Of a DNA stretch of 64,000 bases, positions 50,913-62,774 are shown one piece after another. Within the stretch, counting starts at the first letter, position 1. Each line of letters starts with the position of its first letter. Where the stretch lies: the NCBI RefSeq assembly GCF_963921235.1, contig NC_086097.1:50222001-50286000 (forward strand), in the 5' to 3' direction. Position numbers and translations under genes: made by a program. This stretch comes from Mobula hypostoma (lineage: Eukaryota). The notes beneath the pieces were generated by a model, which did no database searches, was not told the DNA's origin, and saw only the letters and a program-made list of their open reading frames with translations.

Positions 50913-52423
50913 TCACAAACAAGAGAAAATCTGCAGATGCTGGAAATCCGAGCAACACACACAATATGCTGGAGGAACTCAGCAGGCCAGGCAGCATCGA
51001 TGGAAAAGAGTACAGTCAACATTTCAGACCAAGATCCTTCAGCAGGACTGGAGAAAATAATATGAGGAGGCAGAGTTAGAAGGTGGGGGAGGGGAGGAAG
51101 AAACACAAGATGATTGGTGAAACTGGGAGGAGGGAGGGGTGAAGAAATGAGCTGGGAAGTTGATTGGTGAAAGAGATACAGGGCTGGAGAAGGGGGAGTC
51201 TTATAGGACAGAAGGCCGTGGAAGGAAGAAACAGAGGAGAGGCACCAGAGGGAGGTCTTCTTCTTATCGTATCCACGGACAGTCTATACTTGGCCCAGCC
51301 AGAAATGGACACATTTTTGCGCCTTGTTGTTGAATTCGGCAAGATCTGCAACAGTCATGGTTCTTCTAGCGATGGGCATTGCAGGAGATGTTCCATAGTT
51401 TGTGGCTCAGTTCCACATTCACAAGTTGTCGGGCTGGTTGTATATCCCCATTTGCTTAGTCACACCTTTGAACGACCTACACCAGTCCTAAGTCTGTTAA
51501 GGCACTTCCAGGTTGCCCAGTTGCGATTAGCTCCTGGGGGAAAGCTTTCATCCGGTGGAATTTCCATCATTGGGTGTTGTTTGAGACTGGCGAACCGGTC
51601 TTTCCACAAGGCGATGCGGGCTACAGATGGTGTTGATTGTAATGGAACAACACTGTTCATGAAACTCTTGGAGGCGACCCCAAGAAAGCTGCCCAACATC
51701 CCAATGTGTCTGCTAACCGAGCTGCACACCAGTCGCTCCTAAATGGAAAAACCAGAGGGAGGTGATGGGCAGTTAAGGTTAGAGAGGGGAATGGGAATGG
51801 GGAATGGGAAATGGGGAATAGTCGGGAGAGAGGGCATTACTGGAAATTCAAGAAATCGATGTTAATGCCACCAGGTTGGAGGCTACCCAGATGAAATATA
51901 AGGAGTTGCTTCTGCTACCTGAGCGTGGCCTTACCAAGACAGTAGAGGAGGCCATGGACTGACATGTCAGAATATGAATGGGAAGTGGAATTAAGATGGG
52001 TGGCCACTGAGAGATCCTGCTTTTCCTGGCAGACAGGGCATAGGTGCTCAGAGAAGCGCTCTCCCAATCTACTGATGGAGCATAGGTGCTCAGCAAAGCA
52101 GTCTCCCAATCTAATTCCATTTTAATTCCACTTCCATTCCCATTCCGACATGTCAGTCCAGGCCTCCTGTAGTGTCATGAAGAGACCGCACTCAGCTTGG
52201 AGGAGCAACACTTTATATTTCCAGTCATGTCCTTCCCCCCACCTCCTTCACCATTCCCCATTCCCTTTTCCCTCTCTCACATCACCTTGTGGTTCCCCCT
52301 CTCCTCACCCCACCTTCTAACTCTGATTTTCTCCAGTCCTGATGAAGGGTCTCGACCTGAAATGTCAACAATACTCTTTTCCATAGATGCTGCCTGGCCT
52401 TTCTGAGTTCCTTCAGCATTTTG
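50913..52423. mobile_element. Penelope-like insertion with inverted architecture (- 50913-52112; + 52113-52423)
   Basis: GIY-YIG C-terminal remnant (LGERFSEHL...VATHLNSTSHS); mirrored arms each end in a hammerhead-like unit (51013-51050 -, 52334-52371 +). Confidence 0.8.
51257..51750 (-). mobile_element. Vingi/Ingi-like (I-group) LINE 3' fragment
   Basis: WKCLNRLRTGVGRSKV*LSKWG...CECGTEPQTMEHLLQCP; (AAG)n tail; 13 bp TSD ACCAGAGGGAGGT at 51244-51256 and 51751-51763. Confidence 0.72.
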
Positions 52424-53196
52424 AGAATGTAATGCTGCTTTATAAAGCACTGGTGAATCCTCACTTGGAGGATTGTGATTGGTTTTGAAGCCCTTATCTA
52501 AGAAAGGATGTGCTGACATTGGAGAGGGTTCAAAGGAGGTTCACAAAGATGATTCCAGGTTTGAAAGGTTTGTCATACGGGGAGCATTTGGTGGCTCTGG
52601 GTCTGAACTTACTGGAATTCAGAAGAATGATGGGCGGGCCTCATTGAAACTTCAAATTTTGAAAGGCCTCAACAGAGTGGATGTGGAGAGGAAGTTTCCT
52701 ATGGTGGGGAAGTCTAAGACCAGAGGACACAGCCTCGGAATAGAAGGATGTCTATTTAGAACGGAAATGAGGAGGAATTTCTTTAGACAGAGGGTAGTGA
52801 ATCTGTGGAATTCATTGCCAGAGGCAGCTGTTAGGTCAAGTAATTGGGTATATTTGAGACAGAGGCTGATAGATTCCTGATTAGTCAGGGCATGAAGGGA
52901 TATGCGAAGAAGGCAGGAGACTGGGACTGAGAGGGAAATGGATTAGACATGATGAAATGGCGGAGCAGACTCGATGGGCCAAATGGACTAATTCTGCTCC
53001 TATATCTTATGGTCTTACAAACCTGCAGGGGTTGCGTGGGATATTTCCTTTGAAGGATAAGAACCGAATGGCTTAATTGCCCTTTTCCCTGTTGTAATTT
53101 GAATGGTAGGTCATTTAATATCAAGGTTCTTGTATTATTCTGAGGAACAGAGATTTGGGGGGGGGAATAGTTTCTAAAAAAATAAAAGCAAATGTG

Positions 53197-54190
53197 ATTG
53201 AATTGAATTGAATTGACTTCATTACTCACATCCTTCACATACATGAGGAGTAAAAATCCTTACATTACATCTCAGTCTAAGTGTGCAAAGTGCAATTTAT
53301 TTTAATTTATAACAAATAGCACATGCAACAGGACAGTCAATATAACATAGAAATACAATTGTATAAACATGAAGTAATCAATCTAATGGCCTGATGGAAG
53401 AAGCTGTCCCGGAGCCTGTTGGTCCTGGCTTTTAAGCTATGGTACCGTTTCCTAGATGGTAGCAGTTGGAACAGTTTGTGGTTGGAATGACTCAGGTCCC
53501 CATTGATCCTTTGGGCCCTTTTTACGCACCTGTCTCTGTAAATGTCCTGAATCATGGGAAGTTCACACCTACAGATGCACTGGGCTGTCCGCACCACTCT
53601 CTGCAGAATCCTGCGGCTCAGGTAAGTACAGTTCCCATACCAGACAGTGATGCAGCCAGTCAGGATGCTCTCAATTGTGCCCCTGTAGAAAGTTCTTAGG
53701 ATTTGAGGGCCCTTACCAAACTTCCTCAACCATCTGAAGTGAAAGAGGCCCTGTTCTGCCTTTTTCACCACACAGCCAGTATGTACAGACCACGTGAGAT
53801 CCTCGGTGATGTATATGCCGAGGAATTTAAAACTGTTCACCCTCTCAACCCCAGATTCATATTCATTGTTGTCAATAGGGGTTAGCCTGTCTCCATTCCT
53901 CCTGTAGTCCACAACCAGCTCCTTTGTTTTTGTGACATTGAGGGGGAGGTTGTTTTCTTGACACAACTGTGTCAGGGTGGTGACTTTTTCTCTGTAGGCT
54001 GCCTCGTTATTATTTGAGATTAGGCCAATCAATGTAGGATCGCCAGCAAATTTAATTGGCAGATTGGAGCTGTGGATGGCGACACAGTCATGGGTATACA
54101 GAGAGTAAAGGAGGGGGCTTAGGACACAGCCTTGAGGGGAACCTGTATTGAGGGTCAGAGGGGCAGAGGTGAGGGAGCCCAATCTTTGCC
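53197..54190 (-). mobile_element. Rex1/Babar-like LINE, 5'-truncated, 281-codon open RT C-terminal frame
   Basis: GSPQGCVLSPLLYSLYTHDC...KFAGDPT (catalytic ADD altered)...FKFLGI...DSFFHQAIRL; (AATTC)n tail. Confidence 0.93.
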
Positions 54191-54862
54191 AGCGATCTGA
54201 TGAAATCCAGGGTATTGTTAATGAAGAAATGGCTTGGCGTGTAGATTTTGCTGCTTAACTTTTACTCTATTTAAGAAGAAGTTGAGAAATTAACCATATT
54301 ATGTTTAATTTCTTGAACAAGGCAGAGATCAAACATATCAGACACCCATTTTTTATGGGGGATATTGTTATTGTTGTTAATGGTGGGATCGCTTTCGCTG
54401 GTTATTCAACACACTTGGCTCAGATTAATTAAGCCCGTTACCCTAATTAATTGCAAAACTTGCTGGGTAATTGATATCCTGATGATAACTTGGAATTAGG
54501 CATGTGATGACGAGACATGCAGGGTCAATGGTCAATGGTTCTCTGCAATCTTTTGGACAGGCATATTGCAGACATTGCAAAATTCGGACTTTGTTCATCT
54601 GTGTACCAAGGATCATTCTAAATTGTGATGTGAGAACAATATTTTAACATACAAACATTTCTAAGCTTTAACATGTGTTGGAGAGGCACCGAAGGAGCTG
54701 AACATTTATTGGTCTGCATAGTTATTATCTGGATGATAATTATTTGGAGCCTTGGGCTTGTGGAAACAGACTTTCAGCAAGATCATCAAGTGATGGACAT
54801 GGGATTAGAGCAGCAGCAGTAATGACAATGGATCGTTTTCAGCTTGTGATTTCCTACCCACA

Positions 54863-55406
54863 TACACTCAGTGGCCATTTCATTAGGTAAACCGATACGC
54901 CTGCTCGATAATGAAAATATCTAATCAGCTCATCGTGTGGTAGCAACTCAATGCATAAAAGCATACAGACCTGGTGAAAAAGTTCAGTTGTTGTTCAGAC
55001 CAGATATCAGAATGGGAAAGAAATATGATCTAAGTGACCTTGACCATGGAATGATTGCTGGTGTCAGACAGGGTGGTTTGAGTATCTCAGGAACTGCTGA
55101 TCTCCTGGGATTATCATGCACAACAGCCACTAGAGTTTACAGAGAGTGGTGCAAAAATCAAAACAAAAAAAGATTCTGTGAGCATCAGTTCTGGAAGTGA
55201 AATGCCTTGTTAATGAGTGAGGTCAGAGGAGAATGGCCAGACTGGTTGAAACTGGCAGGAAGGCGACAATGACTCAAATAACCGCACATTACAACAGTGG
55301 TGTGCAGACGAGCATCTCCGAATGCACAACATATCAAACCTTGATATGGATCAGCAACAGCAGCAGAAGATCATGACCAAACACTCAGTGGCCACTTTGT
55401 TAGGTA
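54863..55406 (+). mobile_element. Tc1-like DNA transposon deletion derivative (TIR + N-terminal HTH)
   Basis: TA + CACTCAGTGGCCA...TTAGGTA end; MGKKYDLSDLDHGMIAGVRQGGLSISGTADLLG from 55012; no DDE domain. Confidence 0.85.
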
Positions 55407-55927
55407 TGTTTTCAAGGCTTTTAGTTCCCAGATGGAGTTTGAAATATGATGCTCTTTGCAGCTTTCATGCAATGTAGTACATAGATGCTTCAGATTGCAG
55501 TCAGGTATTGACTTGGTGCATCACTGTCACGTTTATAATGCCAGGGACTGATTGGAAAATTCAGAACTTAATCATTTATCTTTTCTTTTTGCACCTGCTG
55601 ATAAACTTATATCTAGCTAGTGCATGGGAGTGTGGAGTTGCTTTGCTACATGTTTGTTGAATGTAAATACACATCATGAGCCACTAGCAAAGCCTCAGAA
55701 CGTGCCACAAATCTGATGGTAATGAGATAGTAAATCCGTGTAATTAGAAGAGGAAATGCTGGAAATAATTCAGTTATTCAAATAGCATGCTTGTTTACTG
55801 GGAAGTAATGTTAATATTTCAGACTGATGCCTTTTCAATACTACTTGTAAATCACTTTGCTATCTATAAGCAATCTGTTCTAACAGAGTAAGTGGTGTTC
55901 TTGCTAAAGCATTAAGTTAAACAGTTA

Positions 55928-56068
55928 ACCCCCTCCCCTTCCTCCCCTCCCCTCCCCCCTCCCCTCTCCCTCTCCCTCTCCCCCTCCCCCTCTCCCCCTC
56001 CCCTCTCTCCCTCCTCCCTCTCTCCCTCCTCCCTCTCCCTCCCCTTCCTTCTCGCCTCCCCTCATCCC
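55928..56068. repeat. Polypyrimidine/polypurine (CCCTC/CCTCT-like) tract
   Basis: About 140 bp of almost pure C/T on the plus strand. Confidence 0.95.
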
Positions 56069-56284
56069 TGAATACTGTCTAATCTGTTGAGTATTTCCAT
56101 TGTCTGGCGTAATCTCATATTTCAAACTTCCACATTGTTTAATGCGATTGTTCTGATCAGACTCATGCGGAAAGATAAATGTGATACGATGAGATTGGAC
56201 ACATTTCTGAACGTGGCTGGAATTCGTGACACTTGTGTTTCAAATGCTGGAACCCTGGGCTGGATGACCCAGTGAAATAGTAAC

Positions 56285-56620
56285 ATTTGCGGCGCTCCGC
56301 TAGGCGGGTCCGAATGTGAAGGCGGGGCTGGGCAGAGGCCACCGGTAGATACTGCGAAGCTCAGCCGAGCGGCCGTGGAGGCGCCGAGCAATAGTACGGT
56401 ACTGGCGACGGAGCTGGAACGGAGGGAGGGGCAGAACAGCAGCGGGGAGTCAGTGGTGGAGGCGGAGGCGGAGGAGCTGAGAGAGCTGAAGCGGCGGCGG
56501 CGGCGGCGGCGACTGACGGATCGGGTGGTCAGCCTCGGGTACGGTAGCACTGTCTAGTTGTGATGGGGCACTTGCTTCCCCGCGATCCGGGCGCCGGGTC
56601 ACTGACGACGACGGTTCATT
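56285..56620 (+). promoter_or_regulatory. CpG-island promoter and probable non-coding first exon
   Basis: Densest CpG cluster outside TEs; GC boxes at 56302-56308 and 56319-56328; (GCG)7 at 56491-56511; candidate donor CGG|GTACGG at 56539. Confidence 0.75.
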
Positions 56621-57119
56621 TTCAGGTTAAATTGTTACCTCCCCGCACATTCCATACTGGAGGTAATTTACCCAGGTTCGGAGTCGGTGAGGATTACGGT
56701 GAGAGTTGTGCGGGTTATGGATGAATGTAACACCAACCCTCCTCCCGACCGTTCGCAAACAGTAGGTTTTAAAATGGACATTGGCAAAGTTTAATTACAG
56801 AGCCCCCACAGCCATGAGTTCAATCAAACAGGTTACAAATCCTTTCAGTGTTTCAGGAGTGATATGCATTTGCATGTCTTATTTTATCTGAAATAACTTA
56901 TTTTCTTCCTACCCTGTAAAAACTGCCGGGCAAGTGACAGATAGTGGTAGGGAAAGAAACATTATTATAGATCTGGACATGGGTTAGGCGAGGTGAGCGC
57001 TCAGGTGTAAAGGGGATCTGCTTGGCCGGGGCAATTCCTAGCGGAATGATGTCAGTTTTCGACCATCATCATTTTAATCTCACCTTCATGCAATAATCCA
57101 GTGACAGAGGGTGAAATTG

Positions 57120-57333
57120 CCTCGTCAGCCCTCTCACTTCCGGGTGTTAAATAATTCGATACCGCGATCGATCGCGAATGTTCGTTTACAGCTTTGAACG
57201 ATTGATAACAATCTTTTAGTAGATCACGATCTAAGGATTTTGTTTACTACAGAATACACGGTTGAAGAATATTGTTGCTATGCTGACTTTTTATTTACCA
57301 ACTGATCAGGTTTTTTGGTGCATGCGGGTAAGT
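57120..57333 (+). promoter_or_regulatory. Possible alternative promoter/first exon
   Basis: ETS motif CACTTCCGG 57135-57143; palindrome CGCGATCGATCGCG 57163-57176; donor CGG|GTAAGT at 57328. Confidence 0.45.
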
Positions 57334-58409
57334 GGGTAAATGTAATTATTTTTGTAACAAATTCGGGTTTAGGTTTAAAGCGGTTGATGGCAAAATAATG
57401 GTCCGTTTAATTGAGCATTTTGTGTGTCTGGCTGTGCATAAATAATCTCAAAGCTCAAGCCCCGTGACCGAAGGTCTTTATTTTTGAAAAGAGCCGCAGA
57501 TGGAGGAATGGACAAATATTTTAAAATCACTTTTAAGATCAGTTTTCTTTTGCCGAGAGAGCGAGCTGAACTGAAAACATGAAAACGTTGTATGGTAGCT
57601 TTACCCTTCGGCCCTGTTGGTCCGTGCCAACCTAAATGCTCCATCCAAGGTAATAACCTCATGAATTTTTACTATCCATCTACCTGCCCAATTGTCTTTT
57701 AAAATTTGTTATTCAACCACTTTACTCTGGCACCTCATTTGACATACAAATTGCCCTTTCCCCTCTCACCTGTAGTTAGTTCTGCAAGGCTTCTTGAATG
57801 TGTTTGGGTTCTAAGTTAGAAGCCGGGTGCCGGATTAACTGGAATGCTGTTTGTAAATATTGTATATGAGCCAGCCAATTTGTGATGCGAAGCCTAACGT
57901 GCAGATGGTGGTGGTGTTTCTGTATTTAGGTGGTAAGACAAGCACTGGATTGAAACAAATCCTCTTCTAAGCACATTTACTGGCTATGGGTGGTTTAACC
58001 GTTGGATGGTGGTTAAATAAGCCAAATCAAAGTGAATTTCTTTGCTGGATGATTCTGAGGTGGCTATTCTTGTCTAGCCTGGACAAGTAAGGAGAATACC
58101 ATTATACCTCAGTTTGTGCTTTTTACAGACAGGAATGCAGCCGAGGTGTGTCACTTACTGTAGGATATTTACAAAGTTTGTAGTAACTAACCTGCTTCTG
58201 TATATGAGATGTCCAAACAGCTGATCTAGTTAAATTTCTGGTTAAAGGCAATGAATGGCATTGATGCTGAGGTCTGCTTTCGAAATACAAAGTGCCAAAA
58301 GAGTATGAGTAGACTCTTGTAGAAATATGACATTTAAAATGCATAGAAATGGACCAATCATAGAAAATATTTTGGGTTATTGAAAAGGATTAAGAATTTC
58401 CACCAAAAT

Positions 58410-59600
58410 AAAGTCTTGCGCAAATTTGCACGGGAGATCATATCTCGTGAATTTGAGTATTTTGAAGAAGTAACGACGAAGGTCAATGAGGGAAAGGTAG
58501 CAGATGTAGTCCATAACAGATTTCAGCAAGGCCTTTGGTAGGCCTCTATATTGTAGGTTACTCTGGGAGGTTAGATTGCATGGGATGCAGGGAGAGCCAG
58601 CTAACTGGGTACAAGATCGGCTTGATGGTAGGAAGCAAAAGAAGATGGTAAATTCAATTTCTGGACCGGAGGCCTGTGATTAGTGGTGTGCCTCAGGGAT
58701 TAGTGCTGAGCATCTCATTGTTTGTCGTATCACCAATCTGAATGAGAAGATAAAGGTTGTGATTATAAAGGTAAATTTGTTGATGACAGTAAAACAGGTG
58801 GTATTGTAGGTAGCGAAGAAGGTTTTCAGGGCTTACAAAGGAATCGTGATCAGCTGGGAAAGTCAGCCAGGGAACCGGCAAATTGAGTTTAATAAATGGT
58901 GTTGCATTTTGGGAAGTCAAACAAGTGGGGCCCTAGGGAGCGATGTAGAAAAGAGGGAACTAGGAGTACAAGTACATAGTTCCATGGAAATTGTGTCACA
59001 GGTGGACAGGGAGGTGCAGAAGGCTTTTGGCACAATGGTTTGCAACAGTCAGAACACTGAATAAAAAAAGTTAGGCTCTTATGTTGTAGTACAAGACATT
59101 ACTGATGCTGGACTTGGGGTTGTGTGTTTAGTTCTGCTCACCCTTCTATAGGAAAGATGCCATTAAGATGGAAAGAGTGCAGAAAGATTTGAGGATGTTG
59201 CCAAGACTTAAGAGCCTGGGTTATAGGGATAGGTTGGGCAGGCTAGGACTTCATTTTTTTTAAAACATGGGAGAATGAGGGGGTGCATAGGTAAGGTGAA
59301 TGGTCAGACTTTTTCTTAGGATAGAGGAATCTAAGACTAGAGGGCATGGATGTACGGTGAATCTGAGGGGCAGCCTTTGCCATACAGAGGGTAGTACATG
59401 TGTGGAATGAGCTGCTCAATATAGACACGTTGTTGACAGAGGTAAAATAACATTTAGAAGACATTTGAACAGGTACATGGATAGGAACGGTTTTGAGCGA
59501 TATGGGTCAAATGTAGGCAAATTGGACTAGAACAGTTGCACATCTTGATCAACATTGTAAATTGGGCCAGAAGGTCTGTTTCTATCCTGTACAACTCTGT
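58410..59600 (+). mobile_element. Old intronic CR1 fragment
   Basis: Degenerate DFSKAF, SGVPQG, RELGVQVH motifs and CR1 tail. Confidence 0.78.
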
Positions 59601-59806
59601 AAGCATTGGTGCGTCTGTCTCAAACTTGCATATATTCACATGGCCTCCACATCCCTCTCGAGCAGAGAACTGCAAAGATTCACAACCTTTGAAAGAAGAA
59701 ATTCCTCCTTGCTCTAGCTTAAACCGGTGATTTTCCAGGTTATTCTATGAGAAGAAATGTCCTTCCCTTTTAAGCCCCTTTGGGATTTCTGACTCCATAT
59801 TGCATC

Positions 59807-60106
59807 GGGGGCACGGCTAGCAGAGCCCGCTCCATAGCCAATGATCAATCCCGACCTCTGCATATGTGTGGAGTTTACATATTCTCCCTGTGTCCACATG
59901 GACTTCCTCCAAATGCTGTGGTTTCTTCCACATTGCAAATCTTTGTAAATATGAGGGTTTCTAGATTAGTTAGCACTGTAAATTTCTGTGTGTGTAATTA
60001 TAAGAATGTGGTGAAGGTAAACTAGGTTAGTGTAGGATTAGTGTACAACTGGGTGCCCAATGGTCCTTGTAAGGCAAAGGGCAGTTTCCATGCTTTCTTC
60101 TTTCTA
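59807..60106 (+). mobile_element. V-SINE (HE1-like), diverged
   Basis: GGGGGCACGG head; TGTGTGGAGTTTACATATTCTCCCTGTG V-domain; CR1-type tail. Confidence 0.7.
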
Positions 60107-60719
60107 CTCAACTCTCCCTAAACCCAGTTTCTGTTTGACTCCTACGGCTAAGTGCATGTGGTCATTTTATTTGGGGCACAATCTGTTTTTATAGTTGAAC
60201 AGCTGGAAAGGTTTGACCAATTTTGGCTTGCATTGCGCTCAGACCTGAGGTCTAGCATTCGATTTCACCAAAAGCAAATTGCTGTTGGCATTCCTAATCT
60301 CACTAGTTACAGTGGGTCCAAGATTTATCTCGAGCAGCTCGGTGTTATAAGTGTAACATGAGAACAAGAGATTCTACAGATGTTGGAAATCCCGATAAAC
60401 ACATGCACACAATGCTGGAGGGACTCAGCAGGTCAGGTGGTGGCAGGGTGCTGCTGAGCATAGTGGAAGTTACAGAGACTCATGGGGTGCTAGTTGAGAA
60501 CAAGAGGAACTCTATCGCTGTTAAAGCAGCAGGATAATGAGGTAAACACGGATTACCAGGAAATGGAGATGCAGGTGAGGGCAGCAACAGTGGCAGAAGA
60601 AGGTAAACTCTGATGCCCTGTAAAGGAAATCCCCATCCTGGGAACAAATGTGGCAGAGACGAAGAGTGGAGGGTGGGGTAAGAGGAAAGGAAATGGCCGT
60701 TTCACTGGAGACATGGTAG

Positions 60720-62650
60720 GAAGAGGTACAGTCATGATTCCCTTGTACATTTGTCCCTCCCCACTAATCTCCTTCCTGACATTTATCCCTGAAAGTGGAG
60801 GAAATGCTTCATCTTCTCATGTACCTGTTCCCTCGCCTCCATTCATGGCCCGAAATATTCCTTCCAGGTGAGGCAAAACTTCATCTGCGAATCTTTTAGG
60901 GTTGTCTACTCTCTCCAATGCTCCCAATGTAGCCTCCTGTACATTGGTGAGTCCTGATGTAGGTTGGGGGGCTGCTTTGTTGAGCACCTTTAATCCATCC
61001 ACAAAAAGCAGGATTTCGCGGTGTCTAACTATTTTAATTCCATTCCCCATTCCCATTCTGTTATGTCAGTCCATAGCTCTCTCTTCTGCCACAATGAGGC
61101 CGCTCTCAGATTTGAGGAGCAACACCTCATTCTGTCTAGGTAGCCTCCAACCTCATAGCATGAACATCGATTTCTCCTGGTAAATTTCCCCCCTCCCCCT
61201 TCCCCACCCTGCCCCCCCACCTCTGCTCCCCACCCACCTGTCACTCCCCACTGGTGCCATTCCTCCATCTCTTTCTCTCATACTCCACTCCCTTCTTGTA
61301 TCAAATTCCTTCTTCTCCAGCCCTTTCCTTTTCCACCCATCACCTCCCAGTTTCTTGCCTCATCTCTCCTCCACTCACCTGACTTCACCTATCACCTTCT
61401 AGCTTGTACTCCTTCTCCCCTCCCCAGTTTCCCCTCAAAACTAAACAATAAGCTTCAAGACCCAGGCCTCAATTCCTCCTTGAGCAACTGGATCTTCAAC
61501 TTCCTCACTTGCAGACCCCATTCAGTTTGGATTGGCAACATCACCTCCACAATCAACATCAGCGCTGGTGCACCACAAGACTGTGCTTAGTTCCTGCTCC
61601 GCCCACTCTATACTTATTGACTATGAGGCTAAGCACAATCCAATGCCATATTTAAGTTTTCTCTTCAAGTGACACCACTGTCATTGGCCTCATCAATGGT
61701 GGTGACGAATCAGCATATAGGAGGGGGATTGAAAATATGGCTGGGTGCCACAACGACGATCCCTCCTGCAAAGCAAAGGAGATGATTATTGACTACAGGA
61801 GGTCTGTTGGAGGATCAGAGGTGGAGAGGTTCATCAACTTTAAATTCCTCGGTGTTATCATTTCCAATAATCTGTCCTGGGTCCCTCACACAAGTACCAT
61901 CACGAGGAAAGTACAGCAGTGCCTCTACTTTCTTAAAAGCTCATGAAGATTCGGGATGTCAGCCGAAACTTTGACAGACTTCTGTAGATTTGTGGTGGAG
62001 AGTATCCTGGCCTGCTATGAAAACACCAATGCCCTTGAATAGAAAAACCTGCAAAACATAGTGGCCATGGCCCAGTCCATCATGGGTAAAGCCCTTACCA
62101 CCACTGGGCACATCTGTATGGATCATTGTTGCAAGAAAACATCATCCGTTATCAAGGACCCCCACCATCCAAGCCATGCTGTTTTCTCACTGCTTCCATC
62201 AGGAAGGAGGTACAGGGGCCTTAAGATCCACACACTCAAGTTCAGGAATAGTTATTACCCCTCAACCATTAATTCATGAACCAGAGAGGATAACTTCACT
62301 CACCCCATCACTGAACAGTTCCCACAAGAACTTCACTCACTTTCAAGGATTCTTTATCTAATGTTCTCGATTTTTTTTTTCTTTTTGCTTTCTGTATTGG
62401 CACATTTTGTTCTTTTTTGCTTGTTTGTCTTTCTAATTGGGTATGATCTTTCATTAATTCTATTGTTTCTTGCTATTTACTGCACATGCCCATAAGAAAG
62501 TGAATCGCAGGGTTGTATGTGGTGACAAATATGTACATTGATAATGAATTTACTTTGAATTCTGGCACCTTTCCCCTTCCTTTCCGGCCCCGATCAAAGG
62601 TCTCAGCCAGAATCCTCGACTGTTTATTCATCTCCATAGATGCTGCCTGA
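60720..62650 (+). mobile_element. Penelope-like element (GIY-YIG remnant + terminal unit) split by a LINE
   Basis: 60841-60990 translates IHGPKYSFQVRQNFICESFRVVYSLQCSQCSLLYIGES*CRLGGCFVEHL; terminal unit resumes ~62563 with a decayed hammerhead at 62584-62622. Confidence 0.8.
61432..62560 (+). mobile_element. Rex1/Babar-like LINE 3' half nested in the Penelope element
   Basis: GAPQ; KEMIIDYRR; FKFLGVIIS; IKDPHHPSHAVFSLLPSGRRYR; TTTGAA tail. Confidence 0.88.
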
Positions 62651-62774
62651 ATTTCTTACTCGTATTTTTCCAAAAATAAATAACACTTTTCTTTTGAATT
62701 CAATTTCATTCATTTGTAATTCCCTTGGTCCTTAAAGCAGAAAATCATATGTTAGAGCATTTTGTTGTTGTACT

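Larger units (their letters stand above)
50085..53020 (+). mobile_element. CR1 ORF2 3' half, split by Penelope and Vingi-like insertions
   Basis: RT motifs 50220-50600; ISRGLEYKSK breaks at ~50900 and resumes at ~52427; CR1 tail at ~53015. Confidence 0.88.

Noticed and set aside
53337..54182. Longest ORF in the window (281 aa) as a functional or domesticated RT
   Set aside because: 5'-truncated LINE lacking the N-terminal RT motifs and an ATG start; catalytic ADD reads AGD
56122..56557. Arg/Ser-rich ORFs on both strands of the CpG island
   Set aside because: Non-ATG starts; explained by GC-richness and the (GCG)7 repeat
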